From Botryllus schlosseri (Eukaryota): a DNA stretch of 64,000 bases. Shown in pieces: positions 23,501 to 35,600 of this stretch. The DNA is taken from contig CM119378.1 of NCBI GenBank assembly GCA_051294905.1, forward strand, positions 11,408,001 to 11,472,000. The letters are read 5' to 3'. The stretch's first letter is position 1. Every line of letters begins with the position of its first letter. The position numbers and the translations under genes are program-made. A model generated the notes under the pieces. The model searched no databases. It saw only the letters and a list, made by a program, of their open reading frames with translations, and was not told where the DNA came from.

Positions 23501-26500
23501 CCCCGCAGACAGTTTTCGTTCTTAAATGATAATATGGCCGGCGGTCACAGTCTTCAGCAATTCTCCACTACTTGCTTACTACGTCAAATTATAGTGACTG
23601 TAGGTTCTTCTTTTATTCGGACACAGATAATAGATCTTTGTTTTCTTTGTGTCCGACATGCAGCCAGAATTCAAAAACCCTGTACACAACTTTGATCAAC
23701 CACAGATATCTCATTGACTTCAAGAGGTATTGGAGTACATTACGTTAATAAATTCATTGAATACTGCATTGGTATCTATGCTTCAAACTTCGAAAATTTA
23801 CATTGAATACGATTAATCCTTGTGGGCTATTGGTGAATAAATTCGTGTGTAATTTATCGATTCAGTAATCCAGCCCGCCAAGTACTTCATTTTACCATAT
23901 CTGGCCCGCCAACTGGAGAAGATGACCGCCCCTGAGCTAGGAGAATAATGGCTGAAATGTGGGGATTCGCCAATGATTTGAGTGTTGCGATTTTACCTAG
24001 CTTGGTAAATGCAATAAATACCAGGGTCCGTATAGCTGTTATGGTTTGGGGGGATACAAACCCTCACTATAGAAATTTTTTTTGAGTTAAGGACATCACT
24101 TTTATATTGTACACTGCTTGAGATATCCTCCAAGCTACCTAAAACAGTAAGACTGAACATCATTTTGTATGATTCGCTACGCAAAAAAATATACTGGTAA
24201 CTAAATGCACCATCCACTCGCACAGACACATCATAGGCCTTTATATCTAATTATTTAATGAAACGTATCAACATAACGGGGAAATGGATAACGAAACGAA
24301 ACAACATAATGAAGAAATGAATTAATTTGACAGAAATCCAACACCAATCAGGTGGATGAAAAGGTTGATTTTTCGAAATTTCAAAATCTTTGCTGGTGAT
24401 CTTCTGCGGCTTGTAAGAGACTGGCTTGCTGTTTGTGTCATCTGTTATGTACGTAGCGTGGTCGCTCTGCTGAACCGTTAATTACTTTATCTTTATTCAT
24501 GAATTCCCGAGCACTCATGAAATGCAAATCACTATGCACTATGCCGTTCTGATACTGAACCACGATTCCATTCCAGTCAAATGAACAATCAAAAACCCGA
24601 GCCTATAATAGTAGAACACCGTTGGTCAAGTATTCCAGTTTCAGAATTGCATCGTTATCCGCATTTCATGAGTGCTCGGGAATTCGTGAATAAATGTAAT
24701 AGAGGGAATAATGGTAAAGTAGGTAACGATGCAGCTGAAAGGAAAGGACATAGTTTATTTTTGTCCTTGATGATAAAATTAAATCTCGACCACGCTGCGT
24801 AGATACCAGACAGGAAACAGCAAGCCTGTCTCTCACAAGCCGCGGAAGATCACTAGCAAAGATTTTAGGATTCCGAAAAATCAACCCATTTATCCACATG
24901 ATCAGTCGCTGTATGAGTGGATTCTACATTTACAGTAGGCCTATTTTTCCGGGATAATCGTGCCGAATGATGATTAGTCTTAGGATTGCTAAGGCAGTGT
25001 GCAATATGACAATGATGTCCTGAACATAAAGTAATATCTACAGTGAGGGTTTGTATCACTCCAAACCATAGCAGCTGCATATACCCTGGTATTTATTGTA
25101 TTTACTAGGCTAGGTTTAAAGTAGGGCGGGGCATGGACTGGAGCGGGATTGGATATCCAGCCGGATTTTGTCATTTTCGGCGGGAGTCGGTTTGCAGCCG
25201 GATCAGTACTTTTTCTGATGCGGCCGGAGTCGCATCAGAGCTGGATCAGTACTTTTATACCAAGAATAGGACAGCCTTTTACCCTCTTTCACCCTGGAAT
25301 TAATAGTTAAAGTGAAATGTTCATGGAGATGAACTGCGGGCTGAGTCCAAGTTGGCGGGCCTAGTGCGATCCCTAGGTTGGGAACCCCTGTACCAAAGGA
25401 TTCAACTGTGGAAGATTTTATGCGAGGTACTTTCTCATTTGAAAATTAGAGTTATGATAGAGACAGCTTTAACAGCAGAACTACTTCCATTTCTTGTTTT
25501 CTAGCATTGACACATTCACAGCAAAATGGAATGACAAATCCTTTTTGTAAGGCATTATATAGATCGTATTATTAATACTGCATTCATTCATTTTACAGTC
25601 TACCTGAACAAAATTGGATGCCAGACTTCATTCATCACATGCTTCATTCAAACGTTATTTTACAAGAAAAATTTATTAAAGAGGCGAAAGAAATTTTGGT
25701 AATTGCATATATGAATACTGAATAATAATGCAGTGGCATTATTTTGCCAGTGGTATTATTTGGGATTTCTACTGCCATGAAATTTAGTAGCAAGACAATC
25801 ACATCTTTTTTGTGATCAACATTTGATATGGACTCGTTAGGAAACTGAGTTTATCAAGTTGTGTAAGAAATCAGGAATATCAATACATTAACATATAAAC
25901 ATCCATTCAAGGACCCTGGGTTACTCACAAATCATTGGTCGCATGGTCAGTCGATCTTAGATTAGCTCTCATGATATTGGCATTGTCCACTCTGTCTATA
26001 TCCATGTTAATTTATACCCACAAAATATACAGCTTCTTGCATCAAAGAGTGTTTGATACATTTTCTGGAATATAATGTGATTGCAATTCATCTACAGCAG
26101 TGGTTCTCAAACTTTTTTAGACACACCCCCCTTTTTGATAGTGAAAAATTTCGCGCCCCCCTTATCGTGATATCACAAAATATTGAAGAGAGAAACCAGA
26201 ATGCTAGCAATGCCAACGGATAGTTTGATGGCATTGAAGGTTATGGCTATTGATGAGAGGATTCTCGAATATGAAATTCGGACAATAGACAGAGTAAATA
26301 CCATGAGCTGGAGGTAAATCGCGCAAGGCGCGAAAAAGTTTACAGTTAACTGCGGCTTCGCGTCACCCTTCAGATGCTTTCACGCCCCCAATTTGAGAAC
26401 TACTGATCTACGGGAAACGAAGAATAATGGTGCTTGAAGGCCATGAGATATATATTGAAATAAATAACAAAATAGTAATCAGACTACTTGCTTAATCTAA

Positions 26501-26604
26501 TCATGAAGCGAATAATTTTGTTCAGGAAACTGATGGAAAATCACAAACAGATCCAAATGATGACCAAAGTACCATGGAAGTGGACCAACAAAACTCGGAC
26601 AATG
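20558..26604 (+). CDS. Duplicated 5-exon module, copy 1 (191 codons)
   Basis: Exons 20558-20677, 21545-21667, 22901-23051, 25599-25698 and 26526-26604; phases 1-1, 1-1, 1-2, 2-0, 0-1; open throughout. Confidence 0.85.
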
Positions 26605-29600
26605 GTAGGCTTTCTGGAGCAATTTGTATATTGTTAAGTGTCACTTATTGAAGAGATACTAGTGTGAGCATAAAGGTAGCTGGATCGATTTTTGACTCGC
26701 CAAATTTCCCTGTTCCCTGTTCTGCAACATGCCTCTTCTGTGGCTGCCCATTTTTGTTACTTCTGTAGACTATTTCTCATTGAGTGAGCATGCCTCTTTT
26801 TAACTCATTCATCTATTTGTTACTGTACATGTTTATAAGCCAAGGTAGGAGTTTTATTTATTGAGTACGAAAAAGTCACTTTTTCTTCTTGCTTCAACCT
26901 CAAGGCAACGAGAAGTTGATGGAGGGTGATGTACGGGAATCCTTATGCATTCTTGTCGCGAAGAGCTACGACAATTTATCTGATTGGTTGACCTTCCTGA
27001 CAGAGACCCGGGTTATCAAGAAAGGTTTGTACGATTTCATTTCTGATTGACTTCAATATCCTATCCTTTAAACATCTACATCTGCCATAGCATGAAGAAT
27101 GTGTTTTGCATCGTCTAAATAGTGTGACCACCTACTCTGATCACCAAACTTGAAACCACTATCATGATAATGAGTCATTGTTATTCATGGACTTTCTCTC
27201 AGATTATGAATAAATTCATATTTTTTGTGTTAAGGTGGGCTGAAACATCTATATAAAAGTGGTCTGTGCTCTGTATAAGCATGATCTAATGATAGTCTGT
27301 TTTGGAAAATAGGATATACCTGTTTATGATTCAACCAGCCTTTTATTTATAGCAAAGAAAAAGAGCTTCATGGCGGATCTGCAGAATAATGAAGTAGAAA
27401 AGGTGTTGCAGGAGACATGTAATGTCATTTTGAAGGAGTCATTGGAAAATCAAATATCCGTATTTATTGATGAAGGTAAATTAGATATATTGACATGGAT
27501 TGGCCCACGGGTTTATCTCATTGCGACTTCATAAATGTGCTTGTACATGATGAAACTGAATTCTGCGTTACAATTCTGCACATTAGTTTGACAAACTTGT
27601 CTCTCAAAAACACTGGGGATCGCAAAATGCCACAGGGTAATTCATTAGCACCGGTTTTGTATTGTGTCTTCACCTTGGAGGTTGGTAAATTGAATTGAGA
27701 TGTCATAGCTCATAGGATTACATGAAAATGTTAGCAGGATCGAGTTGGGAACGTTTCATAGTATCGGCAAATCTGAACTAATCACGAATGCCATTGCTAC
27801 CATAGAGCAGACTCTCTGGTTCCAGAAAACATGCAATCTAGTTAGCGAGTTTATTATAAGCCGAACCAACCATGGAGAGTATTGGACACAGTGATAGAAT
27901 TCTTTAAACTATGCCGCGGACCCCAAGAGGTCTGTTAACTACAGTTTCAGAATCCCTGATCTAGCTGGTTGGCCAACATCTCAGTAAACTAATAAGGTAC
28001 TGCTGACTGCCAAGATTTATGTGTTATTGCAGGTCTTTATGATCTATATTTGTAAATTAGTTTAACGGATGACGCATAACTATGAGTATGATTTGGAACA
28101 GAGGTTTTCACTCTCTCTCCAATACCTGGACAGCCAGCTGCCATTGCACAGTTGCATATAATTTTTAAATTGTCTGATCTAGCCTTGAAAAAAATTTCAA
28201 TAATGAATTGCAAATTTATGTAATTTGCTTGACTAGAGCATGCAGCAGGATATGCATCGCATATTTGTACGTAAATTCATGTCATAATACACTTTTATCA
28301 TCAATATCATCATTTATTATAATTCTCATAATAGATGCATATCCTCATGAAAAGTATTTCATCCAATGCCAATTAGACATTATCAAATCCAATATGACTA
28401 TATCGAAGAAATCACAATATTGAATCACTCATTTTACGAAATAATAAGTACCATAATTTCCCGAATATAGTAGGCACCTTTAAAATGGTGTGTAAAATCT
28501 GGAAAAAAGCCTGTCCCCATGTATAATACGCACCCTGCATTCTCAGTACATGAATAGTTATATTTTAGTATTCGATGCCATTCTGTTTTGCGATATCGCT
28601 GTTGAAGATTGCTCAGGCCAACGATATTGTCGTGCGCACCAGGCCTGTTGGAGATACGACTGTAGTGTTTAGGCCAGTGATTAAATCTTGCGCACATGTC
28701 GTGTTGTATATGTGATTGTTCAGGCCTGTCGTTGGTGTGATTTCAAGTTATATTTCGAGAGATTTTTTTCAAGGCTTGCATAATACGCACCCCCGATTTT
28801 AGGACAAAAAATCGGGAAAATTTTGCGCAATATACATGGAAAATTATGGTAAATAGATGGTTTGTGGTACAGAACTTTCAATAAAGCATCTATTGTAGTA
28901 AAATATTTATTGAACTTGAAGAATTTTCGGGTGCCTCTTTTCAAGAGATTTAAAGAGACTTGAAAGCAAAACCAAAAATTACAATTATTTAAAAATATCT
29001 TTAGGATAGTACTGCTGGATAGTACTGCTACTGTAAGATTTCACCCTTATGAATTCTCAGATTTCTCAGGAAGCGAGAAACTTGTAGATATTATCCTGAA
29101 GTTGCTACGAGATGGTGGTCTAAGTTGGCCTATATCATATTTGATGAAGTCATGGGACAAATTAGAGGGATCGCATAAGATTCAATCTGCAGCAGCAGAC
29201 TACTGTAAAGGGTATGTATGATCAATTTGCTATTAACGTTCAGTGGAACCCTAACTTTAAAAGCTTTTAACTCCAAGTAGTTACCGCTCATTCCTAGCTT
29301 TTCAGTTTATTGCAATCATTTTTGAAATGATGAAATTATTAATAAGCTAAACTAAACCGAGTGGGCCTTTAGCAGTTCGACATAATATCGGTTGTAACTG
29401 CGGACGATTTCATTTTGGGTATTTTCTCATTTGGAAATTAGATATTTGATCAAGACATTTAGCTTCATGACAGCAGGACTAACTTCTTTCATTTTCTACC
29501 ATCCACTCACCCAATTTTAAATGAACTGACAAATGGATTTGTATACCGCATTACTTGAATCATATTGGTAATAATTTCATTCAACCATTTTACAGTCTAT

Positions 29601-32600
29601 CAGACCAAGACTGGATGCCAGACTTCATTCATCATATGCTCACTGCAGCAAACGTTATTTTACAAGAAGAGTTTATTGAAAAGGCGAAAAAAATCTTGGT
29701 AATTGCATATATGAATAAGAGCTTCTTGGAGTTACAGAATGGTATATTCATATTGAAATATACCCAAATCTTTTCGGCTGACACTCTTCAGGGGTAATCG
29801 TCAGCAACTAGTAGAGAATTGGAAAGAACATTGTATATGAACAATCGGCTTATTTCAAGATGAATATACTATTCAATTGCATATAGGAATAAATATTCAC
29901 TGGCATTGTTTTGCTACTAGTATTATCTGGGCTTTCTACTGCCATATAATTTAGTAGCAGGAGCTGGCATATCTTATTTGATATGGATTTATTTTTTGAT
30001 CAAGCTGTATCAAATGAGCAATACCAATGCATTTTTATTTGATAATCCATTCAAGGATCCAGTTTGACTGATCTACACCATGGGCACTTGAAGGCCATCA
30101 CAAATACTATTAAACAAATTATGGAATATTAATAAAACTACTTGGTTTTCCTAATGACGCAAATGCGTCTGTTCAGGAAACTGATGGAAAATCTCAAACA
30201 GATCCAACTGATGACCAAAGTGCCATGGAAGTGGACCAACAAAATTTGGACAATGGTAGGCTTTCGGAATCAATTTGCATATTGTTATGTGTCACTTGAT
30301 GGATAAATATTACTGTGCATATTGAAATCGATTGATTTTTGACTAGACGTATTCGCCTGTACCCAGTTCTGCAACATAGGGCCTACTTCTTCATTATTCA
30401 CCCAATTTTTGATGTTTCTGTAGATTATTTCTCATTGAGTAATTGAGTATACATGCCTTTTTCACATGTTTTTCTATTTGCTACTGTACTAGATCAAAGT
30501 AGAAATTAGTAATTGAGTATACATGCCTTTTTCACATGTTTTTCTATTTGCTACTGTACTAGATCAAAGTAGGAATTTGATATATTGCCTTCAAGTCATT
30601 TCAACTCCGTCCTTTCTGTTCGTTGTGATGCTATTCTCGTGGTGTCTTGAATTGATAAAAATTGAGATAGAATGATACTGATATGACTTACTGCACCAAT
30701 TGAATGCACCGCTGGACAGTGGAAGAAATTATGGGTTATACATCATTTATTATGTTTGACAAAGGGTAAACCAGGGTTCTAACCAAGTCACAAAGTTCCG
30801 AGTCACAAGTCGATCTCACTTTTATAGTTTGACTCGATTCAAGCCGAGTCATTTTCAATTCTTCACCAAGTCAAGTCCGAGTCCAAGTCACGAAGTAGAG
30901 TGTCGAGTCCGAGTCATAGTGATTTGTCTGGAATCCGAGGCCAAGTCATTGTGTTGACCGTTCAGTTCCCAGTTAATGTCATGTGAAACCCACATTTTAC
31001 AACACTGCTCGGTGATATCGAATGCTTCATATTCATAATATAGTTTGTAGTAGCATTTTCAATCACCGGTACTGATAGACGAAATAATAATAGTGTGATA
31101 TAACTTTACTATTCTTCGAAATTACTATGAAATTGCTGTCTAGGTAGACCCAGTCTCGAGTCATATGACTTGGTTCGAGTCATGCGCAATGACTCGAGTA
31201 CAAGTCGAGTCAACACACAAATTGACTCGATTCGAGTCACTTTTCACTTGTAAGAAAATGACTCGAGTCAAGTCTAGTCACCAAAAAAATCGCGACTCGC
31301 GTCATGATTTGAGTCGTTACAACCCTTGGGTAAACTACAGGATGTACAGGTGCTAAACACTGCAGTCAGTCAGTTATGAAATCCATGCAGGTACCTTAAT
31401 TTTCCATGTATAATCCGCAAAATTTACACGATTTTTTGCCCTAAAATCGGGGGGTGCGTATTATACATGGGAACAACACGCTTGAAAAAAAATCTCCCTC
31501 GATAAAAAACTTGAAATCACACCTTTCTTCATGTTTGTTTCCAATCACGCATCACTTTCAGCCATCGCGGGTAGTAATTCGTATTGAAGAGTGTGACGCG
31601 CTGCCAATTAAGGGAAGCGCGTTTCTAATTAACGAGAGCCGTGCCGAGCCGTCCCAACCTTTTTCCACCCACGTACCACTTCGAGGTTTTATGCAGTGCT
31701 CGCGTACCACCTACACAATTTACGCACGCCGTAGGCAGTCAAAAATATTTTCAATATTTATGACGTCATACCCACGTATTTGAACTATGTGAGGTGTAAT
31801 AACTAGGGCGATTTTTTACTTAAAAATCGGAGGATTTTGATGTAAAAAAAACTTGATTTTGACCAAATTTTGACTTCACGTACCCAAATTATGTGTTTTT
31901 GCACATAATGTTAATATTGTACTACTTACATTCATTTCTGGTCAGGACTGTCTGTCCTTACGAAGTAGTTTGACCTGAGAAAGCGTTTTTGACTGAAAAA
32001 CTGACAAATTTTGTCATGAAAAAACTTTATTTTACCGATATCTGGCCCAGTATTTACACCACGTAATATGGTAGAGTTAATTAAAATCTGTTGTAGTACA
32101 ACGAAACATACTTTCTTACATTCTCGGGTAGAAAGTGTCTGTCCTTACTAAGTAGCTTGCCAAGGATGGAGAAATACATTGTAACAGCAGTAGTTGTTGG
32201 CTGACAACACTGAAGCTGTACGTACACTGCTGGTGACGCAACATATTGCTCTATTCTGACAATGTTGTCATACATCACAATTTTTCATCATGCCCTTCTT
32301 GATAAAATAACCATGCAATGCCCAAGCAGTCTTGCTTCAGTTAAGATATTGCGGTACGTTGAGCATAACACCATGTCAATTGTCAACCTATTTGTTTCGT
32401 TCGACAGTTTATGATCCACGATGAGCAGACAATGGGCCGCCTACAACGGTAGGCGTATAAAGTGGGCTACAAGCTGTAAAATATCAAAACCTACGATACA
32501 AACGAAATGGAGGGGTCAAAACTTTTTTGACTTTGTAAACAATTTTGACAATTTTTTGACTTAACACTCAATTTTGTAAAGAAAAATCGTCCTAGTAATA

Positions 32601-35600
32601 ACAAATTCTATTAAACTAGGCATTATCAGCCCGGGTTGATGAGATGCATTGAATTGTATTTTCACCACTAGTCAAAAAAATTCAAAATCAACCCTACCTG
32701 AACTAATAACTTCCTTCGGTCGAAAAAAAAAAAAGAATCTACTCGCGTACCACCTGGAAGACCTTCGCGTACCACTAGTGGTACGCGTACCACAGGTTGG
32801 GAACCACTGGCCTAAACTAACTCGCCGTCGGCCTCGCAGGCTTTGGCTGCCATCTACTATCGTTTAGAGACAATACCGTTAATCGTATAATGATTAGCAA
32901 TCGCATATGTAAAAGGTCTCCTCGTGCTCAAGATGTCGTGTCGCTAGCCTGAACTATCGTGCCGCCCGCCTCGCAGGCTTTCGCTGCTATCTACTATCGC
33001 TTAAAGACAATCCCGCTAATTGTATAATGATTAGCGATCGTCGTGTAATGATTGTTCAGCAGTGACATCGCAAAACAGAATGACATCGTATACGAAATCG
33101 GAACTATTCATGTACTGAAATGCAGGGTGCGTACTATACATGGGTACAGGCTTTTTCCTAGAATTTACATGCTATTTTAGGGGTGCGTATTATACATGGG
33201 GGCGTACTATACTTGGAAAATTACGGTAGTTGGAAAGTTAGGTGAAAGTTTCTGTTGTGCCATCAAGTTTATGCATGAGATGGAAATATTCAAAAGCTCA
33301 TCTGCACTACCATCGCCGTCGACAGAAGAGATAGAAATTCAGTACTCAGCTGTAGAAAGTTTCAAATTGTTGGAAGATCATCTGCGCTCTTCCTCTTCTG
33401 GATCTCTTTTATCCTGCCGTAATAGAGAAACACCTTATGTATGGCCGAAACAAGGAAGAGAATGAAAAGACAGGAATCCTCAAATGAAAATGAGCTGGAA
33501 TGATGAAGATCGGACACTGCTGTATTAGCACCAATAATTCTATTAGGTAGCGGTGGATGTTAGTCTGATTGATCGAACTGGTCATTTCGACACTGTCCAT
33601 TCTTAATATGTATATTTGAAACCTATTTACTTGTACTGTTCAGCGAGTCCTATTATTATATTTTGTACGATATATTCTGTAATAATCTACCCTGGTTAGT
33701 CATTAGTAGGGTGATTTTTTTGACCTGAAAAGTGAAGATTTTGACCTAAAAAAATCAAAATTTTGACATTTTTTGACCTTGAAAACTTGATATTGACCAA
33801 ATCTTAACCTCGTGTATGTAAATTAGGTGTTTTTCCACATAATTTTTGAAGTGTACTACTTGTGTTCCTTTACATGGAAAACTTTACTTTAAGGAAATCT
33901 GAACCATCACGCATTATGGTAGAAATAATAAAAATTTGTTGCAGTACAACAAAAGATACTTTCCTACATTTTCGGGTAGAAAGTGTCTGTCCTTACTAAG
34001 TAGCTTGCCAAAAATGGAGAAAGAACGTTCAACAGCCGCAGCTGTTGGCTGGCAACACTTGAAGTTGTGTGTACACTGCTGGTGACACAGCGTGTTGCTT
34101 CATTCCGAGAATGGTGTCTACATCACAATTTTTCATCATGCGCCTCTTGTTATAAGAACCAATGCCCACGCTGTCTTGCTTCAGTTAGGATATTGAGGTA
34201 CGTTCAGCATAACACCATGTCAACCTATTTGTTTCATTTGGCCGTTTATGATTCACACGAGCAGATAACGGGCCGTCTATAACGGTAGGCCTATGAAGTA
34301 GTCTAAAAGCTGTAAAATGTCAAATGATAAGTTCACCTACAGTGCAAACATTTACGATACAAAGGATATGCAGTTGACAAAAAAGTCTGACTTTGTAAAC
34401 AATTTTGAGAGTTTTCTGACCTAACGCTACAATTTTGACAAAATTTTAACTTATTTTGACATGTCAAAAAAAATTCGCCCTAGTCATTAGTTAGTTCAAG
34501 AATATATTTTGTTTGAATAACCATTACTCTGGTTCCGGTTGATACGAAGATTGTCATGATCATATCTCTGGTACCAGTCATTGCTGATAAAGCATTGTTT
34601 TGTTTTATACCGCACATTTTTTCCTGCCCTGTTTTTATTTTTGGCGTCATTGGTTACCAAAATGGAGATGGATAAATTCTTATTTGCAGATGATGCTTGA
34701 GCAGTAAATATATATTATTTTCTTTTTGGCGATTCATTACCATACTAACGTGGTTGTATTTTGTCAGTCTTGTCATACTCTGAGAGCGGCTTCTATACTT
34801 TGATTGCAGATTAATCAATGTGCTTAACTTATTTTCATTTTTTCTTTCCAGCGGAGGTGACCACTGTTTCTGTATTACTGTTGTTCCAACACTGTTTGTT
34901 CCTATACGTTTGCATTATTTATGCCAACTGTAGATGACGTTGAGGAATTGCTTAAAGATGCCTTACTGGCAATTTATAGTATGTCGATTTCTTGTCGCTT
35001 TTAGATGACACTGATATCCAAACTGACGGAGATATTTCACCGGGTTTTGCATTTGGGTCATTGGATTCTGAAGGAGAAACAGGTATTGTATGACATGGAT
35101 TACTCAGTAGCTACTAGGAGGGTTACATAACCTTTTTAGCGGTCGTAGCCCGTGAACTTTCTATACAATTTCTCGAACCCATGTTCATTTTCAACACAAA
35201 ATCTGACAGAACCTATATTGAAATAAAAAATAACACTGACATGAAATTGCGCCTGACACGAAAAAAATTTTGATTTGAATAAATCAGCCCAGAAAATATT
35301 CTTATTCGTGCCATCAAGTTTATGCCTGAACTGGAAACAATCAAAGGTTTCTTATTCTTATTTTCTGTCAGTTTGATAAATAATTTTGGGCTCTAAATTG
35401 CATATAGGCCTAATTCCACAATACATCTCAAAGCCCCTGGTTTGCTGCTTTGTGCCCCTAAAGCAGGGGCGGGCAACTTCTGCATTTGGCAGGCCGGATA
35501 TGGAAAAATGAAGTACTTGGGCAGGCCAGATTCCTGAATCAATACAAGAAACGCGTATTCATCCACCTGTACGAGGATTATTCGTATTTATTGTTAACTT

